Assembly: GCA_937891825.1 (NCBI GenBank) | Contig: CALAHN010000089.1 | Coordinates: 56,308-120,307, forward strand | From: an uncultured Alphaproteobacteria bacterium | GTDB taxonomy: Bacteria > Pseudomonadota > Alphaproteobacteria > Bin95 | Direction: 5' to 3' | Length of the DNA stretch: 64,000 nt | Shown: positions 46,557-56,463 of the stretch, one piece after another | Numbering within the stretch: position 1 is the first letter of the stretch | Layout of the letters: each line of letters opens with the position of its first letter | The notes under the pieces: generated by a model | Told to the model about the DNA's origin: nothing | The model's input: the letters and a program-made list of their open reading frames with translations, nothing else | Database searches by the model: none | Translations under genes and position numbers: made by a program

Positions 46557-47270
46557 TCAGGCGGCGCGCATGACCTGACCGTGCAAGGCGCAGCTTGGCA
46601 GCGCCAGTTCGACGATCATCGGCGCGATCGCCTCCGGCCGGCGGAGCGCGCTCGGGTCTTCGCCCGGAAACGCCTCGGCCCGGAGCTCGGTCGCCATTAC
46701 GCCGGGATCCAGCAGATTGACCCGAAGCTGGGTTTGCTTCAGCTCCTCGGCCCAGCAGGAAACCAGGGCTTCGAGCCCTGCCTTGCTCGCGGCATAGGGC
46801 GCCCAATAGGCGAGGCCGCCGGCCGCCGCGCCCGATGTGACGACGATTGCGCGGCCCGCGTCCGACCGGCGCAGCATCGCCTCGAAGTTCCGGATGAGAC
46901 GCCATTGCGCGGATAAATTCGTTTGAATGACCCGGTCGAAAGTCTCGGGGCTGACATGAGAAATCGGCGACAGCGTGCCGAGGATCGCGGCCGTCTGCAC
47001 CAGGATGTCGAGCTTGCCGAAGCGCCCGGCGATGCCGCCCGCGAGCGCGTCGGACTCCGCCGCATTCGTCAGATCGACGGGCGCGATGACCGCCTTGCCG
47101 CCAGCTTTCTCGATTCGGTCGTGCAACGCCTCGAGCGCGCCCTGGGTGCGCGCGGCGACGATCACGGTCGCGCCGGCCGCGGCCAGCGCTTCAGCGGCCG
47201 CGGCGCCAAGGCCACGGGAAGCGCCGGCGACCAGGGCGACCCGGCCGGCCAGGGGTTGCTTGCTCGTCAT
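46557..47270 (-). CDS. YciK-like SDR oxidoreductase
   Basis: GASRGLG, YWAPYAASK, RAEAFPGED; usual position after purF. Confidence 0.88.
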   Translation of the reverse strand: MTSKQPLAGRVALVAGASRGLGAAAAEALAAAGATVIVAARTQGALEALHDRIEKAGGKAVIAPVDLTNAAESDALAGGIAGRFGKLDILVQTAAILGTLSPISHVSPETFDRVIQTNLSAQWRLIRNFEAMLRRSDAGRAIVVTSGAAAGGLAYWAPYAASKAGLEALVSCWAEELKQTQLRVNLLDPGVMATELRAEAFPGEDPSALRRPEAIAPMIVELALPSCALHGQVMRAA

Positions 47271-47276
47271 GGCGGA

Positions 47277-48782
47277 TTATTCGGCTGCTTGTTCGATGGG
47301 CCGGAAGTTCGGGCCGCCGAGCAGGCCCGCCTCCGAATCGACCAGGCGCGTCGGATACTGGCCGGTGAAGCAGGCGTCGCAATATTGCGGCTGGCTGGCC
47401 TTGCGGCCTTCCGCTTCGCCCATGGCGCGGTAGAGGCCGTCCGTCGAGACAAAGGCGAGGCTATCGGCCTTGATCACCGCCGCCATCTCGGCGACGGAGA
47501 AACGGGCCGCGAGCAATTCCGACCGTTCCGGCGTGTCGATCCCATAGAAACAGGGGTTGGTCGTCGGGGGACTGGATATGCGCATATGGACTTCGGCCGC
47601 GCCGGCCCGGCGCACCATGTCGACGATCTTGGCGGAGGTTGTGCCGCGCACGATCGAATCGTCGACCAGAACGACGCGCTTGCCCTTCAGGAGGGCGGCG
47701 TTGGCATTGTGCTTCATACGGACGCCAAGGTCGCGGATCGATTGCGTCGGCTGAATGAATGTCCGCCCGACATAGTGATTGCGGATGATCCCAAGCTCGA
47801 ACGGAACGCCGGATTCCGCCGCGAAACCGATGGCGGCCGGAACGCCTGAATCCGGAACCGGCACGATGATGTCCGCGCCGCCTTCCGGAAAACTTTCGCG
47901 CGCCAATTCCTGGCCGATGCGCTTGCGGGCCTCATAGACCGACTGCCCGGCCATGATGCTGTCGGGGCGGGCAAAATAAATCTGCTCGAAGATGCAGGGC
48001 CGCGGATGCGCTGTCGGGAAGGGGTGCAAGCTCTGCACGCCGGTCTCATCGATGATGACCATCTCGCCGGGATCGAGTTCACGGACGAACTCGGCGCCGA
48101 TCATGTCGAAGGCGCAGCTTTCGGAGGCGAGCGCAAAGGCATCGACGCCGTCGCTCTGGGCCGGCAGCCGGCCAAGCGCCAGCGGGCGCACGCCCATCGG
48201 ATCGCGGATCCCGATCAGGTTCTGACTGGAGAGCGTGACGAGGGAATAAGCGCCTTCCATCTGCCCCAGGGCGTCGACGACCCGCTCCACCAGGGAGGAG
48301 CGCACGCTGCGGGCGATCAGGTGGATGATGACTTCGGTATCGTTCGTGGACTGGAAGATCGATCCGTCATTGACCAGGCGCTGGCGGATCCTGAGGGCGT
48401 TGGTCAGGTTGCCGTTGTGGGCGACCGCGAAGCCGCCGAACGCGAATTCGGCGAACATCGGCTGAATGTTGGCAAGATCGTCGCCGCCGGTCGTCGCGTA
48501 GCGGTTATGGCCGATAGCGCCGCCGCCGCGCAGACCCTCGATACGTTCCGGCGAACCGAACACGCGTTCCACATGCCCGCGGCCCTTGCGGGAGTAGAAC
48601 CGGCCCTCGGACCGGTCATAGGAGACGATGCCGCTTGCCTCCTGGCCGCGATGTTGCAAGGCGTGCAGGCCGAGCGCCGTCAGCTTGGCGGCGCCGGTCG
48701 CATTCCAGACGCCGACGATCGCGCACTCTTCGTGGAGTTTGTCGTCATCGGCATCGTCGTCCAGGCGTGTTAGCGGCTGCAT
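47277..48782 (-). CDS. purF: Amidophosphoribosyltransferase
   Basis: Propeptide ..KLHEE/C, LQHRGQE, GHNRYAT, VPDSG, VDDSIVRGTT, CFYGID. Confidence 0.97.
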   Translation of the reverse strand: MQPLTRLDDDADDDKLHEECAIVGVWNATGAAKLTALGLHALQHRGQEASGIVSYDRSEGRFYSRKGRGHVERVFGSPERIEGLRGGGAIGHNRYATTGGDDLANIQPMFAEFAFGGFAVAHNGNLTNALRIRQRLVNDGSIFQSTNDTEVIIHLIARSVRSSLVERVVDALGQMEGAYSLVTLSSQNLIGIRDPMGVRPLALGRLPAQSDGVDAFALASESCAFDMIGAEFVRELDPGEMVIIDETGVQSLHPFPTAHPRPCIFEQIYFARPDSIMAGQSVYEARKRIGQELARESFPEGGADIIVPVPDSGVPAAIGFAAESGVPFELGIIRNHYVGRTFIQPTQSIRDLGVRMKHNANAALLKGKRVVLVDDSIVRGTTSAKIVDMVRRAGAAEVHMRISSPPTTNPCFYGIDTPERSELLAARFSVAEMAAVIKADSLAFVSTDGLYRAMGEAEGRKASQPQYCDACFTGQYPTRLVDSEAGLLGGPNFRPIEQAAE

Positions 48783-48823
48783 GTTCGGTCTCCAGACCTA
48801 AGGGCGCGGGCGACGGGGCCGCA

Positions 48824-49480
48824 CTATCGCTGATTCTTGATAAGATCGTCGAGCGCTTTGCGTTCTGCGTCATTATACCCGCCAGCGTTGGCCGGCGGCG
48901 TCGATTGCGGCTCAGGCGTATTCAAGCGCCGATATTGATCGGCTTGCCGAGCGATCTCCTCGGCGCTCTGGGCGGCGTCCTGCCCTTTGACCCGCCATGC
49001 CTCCGGCAGGACCTGCTCGATCACACTGGCGAATTCCCGCAGAAACGGCGTCGTCTTCGCATCGGCGATCCAGCTTGGATGATCCCGCGTCGGCACGGTC
49101 CATGACAGCGCAAGATACGCGATCGACATGACCAGGGCGCCGCGCATCAGGCCGAAGAGCAGCCCGAGCGAGCGGTTGATCGGACCCAGCCCATCGGCGC
49201 TTTCGAACGCCCTGCCGACAGCCCGCGCGATAATCGCCAGGATCAGGAAGGCGCCGACGAACAGTAAGGCCCCGGCGGCGATATCCGCGACCAGCGGCGA
49301 CGGGATATAGGCGCCCGCAAGCTCGCGCGCCATCGGGTAGCCCGCGACCGCAATGACGCCAGCGCCGACCCAGGTCGCGATCGACAGAACTTCGCGCACA
49401 AAACCATGCATGAACGCTAAGATCGCGCTCGCCGCGACGACGCCCGCGACGATCAGGTCAAATGTATGCAAGCCGCCCAT
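48824..49480 (-). CDS. cvpA: CvpA family membrane protein
   Basis: GFVREVLS, NRSLG.LFG.MRG; upstream of purF. Confidence 0.92.
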   Translation of the reverse strand: MGGLHTFDLIVAGVVAASAILAFMHGFVREVLSIATWVGAGVIAVAGYPMARELAGAYIPSPLVADIAAGALLFVGAFLILAIIARAVGRAFESADGLGPINRSLGLLFGLMRGALVMSIAYLALSWTVPTRDHPSWIADAKTTPFLREFASVIEQVLPEAWRVKGQDAAQSAEEIARQADQYRRLNTPEPQSTPPANAGGYNDAERKALDDLIKNQR

Positions 49481-49498
49481 GGGACTCCAATGCTCGGT

Positions 49499-50917
49499 TC
49501 AGTCCCAATCTGCCGGTTTCGGCGCGGGAAGCAAGGGCTCTGCGGCGATCAGCGTCACCAGGTCGTCGATCCGCCGGATCGGCTCGGATTTCAGGCCTTT
49601 GACGCGCGCGTCGCCGGGGCCGGCGGCCCGGGCGAAGCCCAGGCGCACCGCTTCGGTCAACCGGGCTTCGGTCTGCGGCGTCGGCCGCGCCTCGCCGGAA
49701 AGCGCAAGCTCGCCGAAGAAGACGCAGTCCATGGGCGCCGGACGTTCGAGCAGCGCCGAGATCAGGGCGGCGGCGGCGGCGAGATCGGCGGCGGGCTCTT
49801 CAAGGCGAAGCCCGCCCGCGACCGAAAGAAATACGTCCCGGCCGGAAAATGGCAACCCCGCCCGGCTTTCCAGGACCGCGAGCGCCATCGCCAGCCTGGC
49901 CGAATCCCATCCGACGACCGCCCGGCGCGGCGAGCCGGGGCCGGGAGCGCCGACAAGCGCCTGCACCTCTACCAGGAGCGGCCGGGCGCCCCTGAAGCCC
50001 GCGAACACGGCCGCGCCGGTCACCGGTTCGCGGCCCTGCCGCTCGGAGAGAAACAGCGTCGACGGGTTGGGGACTTCCCGCAGGCCCGCGCCGGTCATTT
50101 CAAAGACGCCAAGCGCGTCGGCAGGGCCGAAGCGGTTCTTGACCGCTCTGAGGATGCGATAATGCTGGCTGGAATCGCCTTCGAAATACAGAACCGCGTC
50201 GACCATATGCTCCAGCACGCGGGGGCCGGCGATCGCGCCGTCCTTGGTGACGTGGCCGACAAGCACCAAGGCTGCTTCCGATCGCTTCGCCGCCGCGATC
50301 AGGATCTGGGCGGACGCGCGCACCTGGGAGACCGAGCCCGGCGCCGATTCGACGCCCTCCACATACATGGTCTGGATCGAATCGATCACGATCAGCTTCA
50401 AATTCGGCGTGGACTGAATGGTCGCAGCCGCCGCGTCGGCAGAGGTCGCGGCCGCCAGCGCTACCGGCGCATCGGCGAGGCCCAGGCGTTCCGCGCGGCC
50501 GCGGATCTGGTCGACGCCCTCTTCGCCGGACACATAGATCACGGCATGGCCGGCATTGGCGACGCCGCCCATCGCCTGCAGCAACAGCGTCGATTTGCCG
50601 ATGCCCGGATCCCCGCCGACGAGGATCGCGCCGCCTTGCACCAGTCCGCCGCCAAGCGCCCGGTCCAGTTCGGCGATGCCGGTCGCAATTCGGGGCCGCG
50701 GCGGCGTCCCGCCTTTCAGGGGCTCCAGTTCAAGGCCGGGGCCGCGGCTCCGATTGCGCCGGACGCTCGCGGCCTTGGCGCCGCCGACCGGGGCGGCCGT
50801 TGCGCCGGTTTCTTCGACGATCGAATTCCACGCGCCGCAATGATCGCACTTGCCCGCCCAGCGCCGATGTACGCCGCCACAGGACTGACAGATGAATTGG
50901 GAGGCCGATCTCGCCAT
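49499..50917 (-). CDS. radA: DNA repair protein RadA/Sms
   Basis: C4 zinc finger, GDPGIGKST, IDSIQT, KNRFG, EVQAL. Confidence 0.97.
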   Translation of the reverse strand: MARSASQFICQSCGGVHRRWAGKCDHCGAWNSIVEETGATAAPVGGAKAASVRRNRSRGPGLELEPLKGGTPPRPRIATGIAELDRALGGGLVQGGAILVGGDPGIGKSTLLLQAMGGVANAGHAVIYVSGEEGVDQIRGRAERLGLADAPVALAAATSADAAAATIQSTPNLKLIVIDSIQTMYVEGVESAPGSVSQVRASAQILIAAAKRSEAALVLVGHVTKDGAIAGPRVLEHMVDAVLYFEGDSSQHYRILRAVKNRFGPADALGVFEMTGAGLREVPNPSTLFLSERQGREPVTGAAVFAGFRGARPLLVEVQALVGAPGPGSPRRAVVGWDSARLAMALAVLESRAGLPFSGRDVFLSVAGGLRLEEPAADLAAAAALISALLERPAPMDCVFFGELALSGEARPTPQTEARLTEAVRLGFARAAGPGDARVKGLKSEPIRRIDDLVTLIAAEPLLPAPKPADWD

Positions 50918-50926
50918 CCGCGGGCG

Positions 50927-51700
50927 TCAGCGCCGAACCGTCATCTGGATCGGGCCTTCGGCGCGGCCATGCACGAACTGGTCGACATAGGGATTTTCAC
51001 CGGCGTCGAGCTTATCGACCGGACCGTCCCAGACGATCTTGCCGTCGTAGATCATCGCCACTCTATTGGCGATGGTCCGGGCGCTCCGCATGTCATGGGT
51101 GATCGTGATCGCCGTCGCGCCCAGGTCGCGCACGCATTCGACGATCAGGTGATTGATGACGTCGCTCATGATCGGGTCGAGGCCGGTCGTCGGCTCGTCG
51201 AAAAAGATGATTTCCGGCTGGTCGGCGATCGCGCGGGCGAGGGCGACGCGCTTCTGCATGCCGCCCGACAATTCGACCGGCAACAGGTCCGCGACCGCTT
51301 CGTCGAGCCCGACCCGCGCCAGGGTTTCGATCGCTTTCGCCCGCGCGGCCTTGCCCTTCGCGGCGCCGGTCTGGATCAGGCCGAAGGCGACATTCTCCCA
51401 GACGGTCAGGCTGTCGAACAGCGCGCCGCCCTGGAACAGCATGCCGATCCGGTTGTTCAGCGCCTCGCGGTCCCGGCCGCGCGCGCCGACGACATCGACG
51501 CCGTCGACTAGAACCTGGCCGCTATCCGGCGTGGTGATGCCAAGCACGGTCTTGATGAGAACCGACTTGCCGCTGCCCGAACCGCCGATCACGACCAGCG
51601 AATCGCCCTTCTGCACCTCCAGGCCGACGCCCTTCAGCACCTGCTTCGGCCCAAAGGCGAGGTGGACGTCGCGGAAAGCGATTTTCGGAGGGGCGCTCAT
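50927..51700 (-). CDS. mlaF: MlaF-like ABC ATP-binding protein
   Basis: GGSGSGKS, FQGGALFDSL, LSGGMQKR, DEPTTGLDP; start ATG 51700. Confidence 0.9.
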   Translation of the reverse strand: MSAPPKIAFRDVHLAFGPKQVLKGVGLEVQKGDSLVVIGGSGSGKSVLIKTVLGITTPDSGQVLVDGVDVVGARGRDREALNNRIGMLFQGGALFDSLTVWENVAFGLIQTGAAKGKAARAKAIETLARVGLDEAVADLLPVELSGGMQKRVALARAIADQPEIIFFDEPTTGLDPIMSDVINHLIVECVRDLGATAITITHDMRSARTIANRVAMIYDGKIVWDGPVDKLDAGENPYVDQFVHGRAEGPIQMTVRR

Positions 51701-52470
51701 TTCGAGAAGAAGCTTTCGGTCACGAAATAGTTCGCGATCAGGATGAGGATCGCCGAGGAGACGACGGCGTTCGTCGTCGCGACGCCGACCCCCTGGGCGC
51801 CGCCGCGGCTGTTGTAGCCGTGATAGCAACCCATCAGCGTGACGATGAAGCCGAAGATCCCAGCTTTCACCAGGCCAGAGACGACGTCCATCGTTTCGAC
51901 GAAGTTCCAGGTCTGCTGCATGTAGGCGGACGCATTGAAGCCCAGCCGATAGACCCCGACGAGATAGCCGCCGAGCGCGCCGATCACGTCCCCTATCAGC
52001 ACCAGCACCGGCAGCATGGTGACCCCGGCGAAGATGCGCGGCGCCACGAGATATTTCATGGGATGGGTCGAAAGCGTGGCGAGAGCATCGATCTGCTCGG
52101 TCACGCGCATCGTGCCGATTTCGGCGGCCATGGAGGCGCCGATGCGGCCGGCGACCATTAGGCCCGCCAGAACGGGCGCCAGTTCCCGGGTCATCGACAG
52201 CACGACGACATTCGCGACGGCGTCCTCGGCGGAAAAGCGCGCGAAGCCGGTATAGCTCTGCAGCGCCAGGACCATGCCGCTGAACAGCGTCGTCAAGGCG
52301 ACGACGGGCAGGGAATAATAGCCGACGTCGATCAACTGGCGCAGCACCTGGCGCCCGTGAAAGGGCGGCGCAATGCAGTGATAGAGGGCAGAGCCCGCGA
52401 AGATCGCGACGCGCCCGACTGCCTCGAAGAAAGCCAGGACCACCGCGCCGATACGCGCCAAGACGTTCAC
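51697..52470 (-). CDS. mlaE: MlaE-like ABC permease
   Basis: RELAPVL, AAEIGTMRVTEQIDAL, GGAQGVG.ATT. Confidence 0.93.
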   Translation of the reverse strand: MNVLARIGAVVLAFFEAVGRVAIFAGSALYHCIAPPFHGRQVLRQLIDVGYYSLPVVALTTLFSGMVLALQSYTGFARFSAEDAVANVVVLSMTRELAPVLAGLMVAGRIGASMAAEIGTMRVTEQIDALATLSTHPMKYLVAPRIFAGVTMLPVLVLIGDVIGALGGYLVGVYRLGFNASAYMQQTWNFVETMDVVSGLVKAGIFGFIVTLMGCYHGYNSRGGAQGVGVATTNAVVSSAILILIANYFVTESFFSK

Positions 52471-53573
52471 AGCGCTGCGCCTTCGTAACGGCGAAGATAT
52501 CGGTCGCCCAGACTGGTCAGGATTTCATACCCGATGGTGCCCGCGCGGGCGGCAAGGTTATCGGCCGTCTGGCGCGGGCCGATGATTTCCGCGTACTGCG
52601 CCTTCTCCAAAATGCGGTCGGAGACATCCGTTACATCGACTGCAGTCAAATCCATCGATACCCGTCCCAGGATCGGCGCTTTGCGGCCGCCTATGAAGAC
52701 GACCCCATTCTCACTGAGGCACCGATGTAGCCCATCAGCATACCCGGCTGCAATCGTTGCAATCTTCGCGCCGGTCGGCGCGGCGGCCGTCGCGCCATAG
52801 CCGACGGTCTCGGCGTGGGCCAGGGTTCGGACCTGCAGGATACGCGCCTCCAGCATCACCACGGCCTGCATCGGGTTCGGCTTGCTGGGCAGGGGGTTGA
52901 GGCCATAGAGCGCCATGCCGGGCCGTTGGCAGGAGAAATGATAATCCTGGCCGATGAAAATGCCGCTTGAATTGGCGAGACTGAGCCGCAGGGCAGCCGG
53001 CAGCGGCTTCGTCGCCGCCTGGAACCGCCGAAGCTGGGCGCGGTTGGCCGGATGATCCGGAATGTCGGCGCAGGCGAGATGACTGGAAACCTCCACGACG
53101 GCGGCGCGCTCGTTCGGCGTCAGGTCGGACCAGAGGCCGGGAAGCATCGCGTCGTCAAAGCCCAGCCGGGTCATGCCTGTGTCGATGTGCAGGCAGGCCG
53201 GCGCCAGGTCGCCGTGGACGACCGCATCCTTGCGCCACTGCGCCAGGCTCAAGGGATCGTTCAGGGCGAGGATCAGCCTGGACGCGCGCGCCGCCGCCAG
53301 CGCTTCCGGAAAGATCGGCGCCATGACGACGATGTCGGCCTCCGGCAGCCGCCGCCGGAGCGCGGCGCCTTCGGTCGTCTGGGCGACATAGAAGCGCCGC
53401 GCGCCGGCGCGCCAGAGGGCGAGGCTGACCTCCGCCACGCCGAGGCCGTAGGCGTTCGCCTTCACGACGGCCCCGGTCTCGCTGGCGCCTGTCCGGGCAT
53501 TCAAGGCGCGCCAGTTCGTCTGGATAGCTTCCAGATCGATGGTCAGGCGTCCGGAGGCGGCATGGTCAGCCAT
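52467..53573 (-). CDS. alr: Alanine racemase
   Basis: AVVKANAYG, DTGMTRLG, SHLACAD, RPGMALYG, GYADG, GRVSMD, TIGYE. Confidence 0.97.
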   Translation of the reverse strand: MADHAASGRLTIDLEAIQTNWRALNARTGASETGAVVKANAYGLGVAEVSLALWRAGARRFYVAQTTEGAALRRRLPEADIVVMAPIFPEALAAARASRLILALNDPLSLAQWRKDAVVHGDLAPACLHIDTGMTRLGFDDAMLPGLWSDLTPNERAAVVEVSSHLACADIPDHPANRAQLRRFQAATKPLPAALRLSLANSSGIFIGQDYHFSCQRPGMALYGLNPLPSKPNPMQAVVMLEARILQVRTLAHAETVGYGATAAAPTGAKIATIAAGYADGLHRCLSENGVVFIGGRKAPILGRVSMDLTAVDVTDVSDRILEKAQYAEIIGPRQTADNLAARAGTIGYEILTSLGDRYLRRYEGAAL

Positions 53574-55059
53574 AGTCGGGGTAGTCGCCGGAATGTTCTT
53601 CACGGTCGCCGAAGCGGGTGCGGGCGCCCTCGAAGGTCAGCATGACCTTATCCGTCGGGCCGTGTCGTTGCTTGGCGATGATGACCTCGGCCAGGCCATG
53701 CACGCGCTCCATGTCCGCCTGCCACTGGGCGTGGTCGTCGGCGCCCTCCGGCGGCTCCTTGCGCTCAAGGTAATATTCCTCGCGGTAGACGAACATCACG
53801 ACGTCAGCATCCTGTTCGATCGACCCCGATTCGCGCAAATCCGCAAGTTGCGGGCGCTTGTCTTCCCGCTGCTCGACCGCGCGCGAAAGCTGGGAGAGCG
53901 CCAGCACCGGGACATTCAGCTCCTTGGCGATCGCCTTCAGGCCCCGGGTGATCTCGGAGATTTCCTGAACGCGGTTGTCGGTCCGGGCGGTGCGCGGCGG
54001 CTGCATGAGTTGGAGATAGTCGACGACGATGAGATCGAGCCGCTTCTCGGTCCGGAGCAGGCGGCGCGCCCGCGTCCGGAGCGCCGAGACGCTGATCGCC
54101 GGCGTATCGTCGATGAACAGCCGGAGGCGCGCGAGCTCCTCGGAGGCTTCGAAGACCTTGTCGAAATCGTGCTGCTCGATCTGGCCGCGGCGGACGCGAT
54201 CCGAAGGCACGCCCGATTCTTCGGCGAGGATGCGCAACGCCAATTGCTCGGCCGACATTTCGAGCGAGAAGAACGCGACCGAATGGCCGCGTTCGCCGTC
54301 GTCGTCGGAAATCCGGGCTTTCGCGGCGTTGAAGGCCATGTTGGTCGCGAGCGCGGTCTTGCCCATGCCGGGTCGGCCCGCGAGGATCAGCAGGTCGGAT
54401 CGTTGCAGACCGCCCAGAAGGTCGTTCAACCGCTTGAAGCCGGTCGGCGTGCCGGTCAGGCGGCCGTCGCGATTGAACGCGGTCTCCGCCATCTCGATGG
54501 CTTTGTGAAGGGAGGCGCTGAACGGCTGAAAACCCGATTCGACGTTGCCGGACACCGCAAGATCGAACAGCTTCTGCTCGGCATCTTCGATCAGCCCCTC
54601 GGCGTCCATTTCCGGGTCGGCGGAATAGGCGCCGTTGACGGTGCCCGTGCCGATATCGATCAACTGCCGGCGAAGAAACAGGTCCTGGATGAGGCGGGCA
54701 TAGTCGGCCGCGTCGATGATATTGGCGGCGCCGGCGGCCAGTTCGGCCAGATAGCGCGCGCCTCCAAGGTCCTTCAGGCTTTCTTCCTGTTCGAATTGTC
54801 GGCGGAGCGTGGTCGCGGTCGCTTGCCTGCCGCCTTCGATCAGCCGCTGGATCGCCTCGAAAATGCGTTGATGCGCCAGATCGGCGAACGCTTCGGGGCC
54901 GATAAGGTCCGAAACGCGGTCGAAGGCGCTGTTGTTGACGAGCAACGCGCCAAGCAGCGCCATCTCGACGCCGATGTCGGCGGGCGCCTCACGGTGCGGC
55001 GGTCCGCCGTCGCCATGGGCAGCGTCGGGGAAGGGGCGGAGAGGTTCTGGTTCAGCCAT
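53566..55059 (-). CDS. dnaB: Replicative DNA helicase
   Basis: AGRPGMGKT, FSLEMS, VDYLQL, LSQLSR, DLRESGSIEQDAD, KQRHGP; no intein-sized insertion. Confidence 0.98.
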   Translation of the reverse strand: MAEPEPLRPFPDAAHGDGGPPHREAPADIGVEMALLGALLVNNSAFDRVSDLIGPEAFADLAHQRIFEAIQRLIEGGRQATATTLRRQFEQEESLKDLGGARYLAELAAGAANIIDAADYARLIQDLFLRRQLIDIGTGTVNGAYSADPEMDAEGLIEDAEQKLFDLAVSGNVESGFQPFSASLHKAIEMAETAFNRDGRLTGTPTGFKRLNDLLGGLQRSDLLILAGRPGMGKTALATNMAFNAAKARISDDDGERGHSVAFFSLEMSAEQLALRILAEESGVPSDRVRRGQIEQHDFDKVFEASEELARLRLFIDDTPAISVSALRTRARRLLRTEKRLDLIVVDYLQLMQPPRTARTDNRVQEISEITRGLKAIAKELNVPVLALSQLSRAVEQREDKRPQLADLRESGSIEQDADVVMFVYREEYYLERKEPPEGADDHAQWQADMERVHGLAEVIIAKQRHGPTDKVMLTFEGARTRFGDREEHSGDYPDYG

Positions 55060-55304
55060 GGCGGCAATCTACGCCGACTTCATGGCAAACGCACGTTCAA
55101 CCCAGAGCCTTCGGGACGGTCGAGCGTGAATTGCGGGGATCGAATCGCCAAAGCCAGCATAAACCCTTCCATTTCGCGCATGGACACGCCATAACATTTC
55201 TATTCCCACACATTCGGACGCGTCGGTGTGCGGCGGTCGGGCGAAATCCTGGCCACGAGCAGAAACCCGCGATCCGAATTAGAGACCTTGGAGGAGTTCG
55301 CCCC

Positions 55305-55943
55305 ATGTCTGGTCCGCTCATGCCCCAGGCGACCGCCGTCTGGCTGATCGACAACACGACACTGACCTTCGAGCAGGTTGGCGAGTTCTGCGAAATGCAT
55401 CCGCTTGAGGTGCAGGCGTTGGCCGACGGCGATATCGGCCAGGGGATCAAGGGCCGCGACCCGATCACGTCCGGCGAGCTCTCGCGCGATATCATTTCAG
55501 CCTGCGAAGCCGACGCCACGAAATCCTTGAAGCTGTCCAAGCTCTCCGTGCCGCGCGCGGCGGAGCGCACCAAGGGACCGCGCTATACCCCGGTCGCCAA
55601 GCGCCAGGACAAGCCCGATGGCATCGCCTGGCTGGTCCGCAATCATTCCGAGCTTGCCGATTCGCAGATCGTGAAACTGATCGGCACGACCAAGAACACC
55701 ATCGGCGCCGTGCGCGATCGCAGTCACTGGAACAGCGCGAATATTCATGCGCGGCACCCTGTCGATCTTGGCCTCTGCACCTATATGGAGCTTTCGACCG
55801 CTGTCGAGAAAGCGCGTTCGAAGCTGACCGCGGAGCAGCGCGACGCCTTGGAAGCCAAGGACCGGGCGCGCCTGGAAATTGCCGATGCGCCGCCGGAAGA
55901 GAACAAAAGGGCGCCGTCGATCGAAGACTTGTTCCGCCACTAG
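55305..55943 (+). CDS. DUF1013 family protein (cell-cycle regulator TrcR-like)
   Basis: PLMPQATAVWLIDNTTLTF, HPLEV, GPRYTP..KRQDKPD, IGTTK.TI, RSHWN; GGAGG RBS. Confidence 0.88.
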   Translation: MSGPLMPQATAVWLIDNTTLTFEQVGEFCEMHPLEVQALADGDIGQGIKGRDPITSGELSRDIISACEADATKSLKLSKLSVPRAAERTKGPRYTPVAKRQDKPDGIAWLVRNHSELADSQIVKLIGTTKNTIGAVRDRSHWNSANIHARHPVDLGLCTYMELSTAVEKARSKLTAEQRDALEAKDRARLEIADAPPEENKRAPSIEDLFRH

Positions 55944-56045
55944 ATCGAACCAATCTCAGGCTAAATCGCCGAAGATTGGATATTTCGATCGATATCAATA
56001 AGGTAGAGCATGGGCGGCGCGCCTGTCTGGACGCGCCATGCTGTA
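55941..56045. repeat. 105-bp two-hairpin palindromic element, copy 1 (RIME/BRU-RS-like)
   Basis: GATCGAA.CCAATCT...AGATTGG..TTCGATC, linker GATATCAATAAGG, TAGAGCATGG...CCATGCTGTA. Confidence 0.8.
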
Positions 56046-56099
56046 ATCGACCTTACACAGCCGGGCCTACAGCTCTAGGCCTCAGAGGAGAGTGTGACC

Positions 56100-56348
56100 A
56101 TGGGATGGATTGCCTGGATTGTCGTCGGCCTGATCGCCGGCGCGCTCGCCAAGATGGTTATGCCGGGGCGCGATCCCGGCGGCATCATCGTCACGATCGC
56201 TATCGGCATCGCAGGCGCCCTGGTCGGCGGCTTCGTGGGCCGCGAACTGGGAATCGGCGCGGTGACGGGCTTCAATCTCGTGACGGTGCTGACCGCGACA
56301 GGCGGCGCCGTGCTGTTGCTCGCAATCTTCCGCGCGATCAATCGCTAG
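56100..56348 (+). CDS. GlsB/YeaQ/YmgE (transglycosylase-associated) small membrane protein
   Basis: WIVVGLIAGALAK.VMPG.DPGG, GIAGALVGG, ATGGAVLLL; GAGGAG RBS. Confidence 0.93.
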   Translation: MGWIAWIVVGLIAGALAKMVMPGRDPGGIIVTIAIGIAGALVGGFVGRELGIGAVTGFNLVTVLTATGGAVLLLAIFRAINR

Positions 56349-56450
56349 ATCAAACCAGTCTTAGGCGGAAACGCCCGAGACTGGATAATTTGATCGATAT
56401 CAATAAAGTAGAGCATGGACCGCGCGTCCACCTGGACGCGTCATGCTCTA
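56346..56450. repeat. 105-bp two-hairpin palindromic element, copy 2
   Basis: GATCAAA.CCAGTCT...AGACTGG..TTTGATC, linker GATATCAATAAAG, TAGAGCATG...CATGCTCTA. Confidence 0.82.
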
Positions 56451-56463
56451 GAGCGCATCGCGT

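Noticed and set aside
50927-52470. mlaE-mlaF without mlaD
   Set aside because: Common alphaproteobacterial arrangement between alr and radA.
55941-56450. CRISPR or integron attC interpretation of the 105-bp repeats
   Set aside because: Too long and divergent for CRISPR, no cas or integrase gene, and no RYYYAAC/GTTRRRY core sites at the ends.
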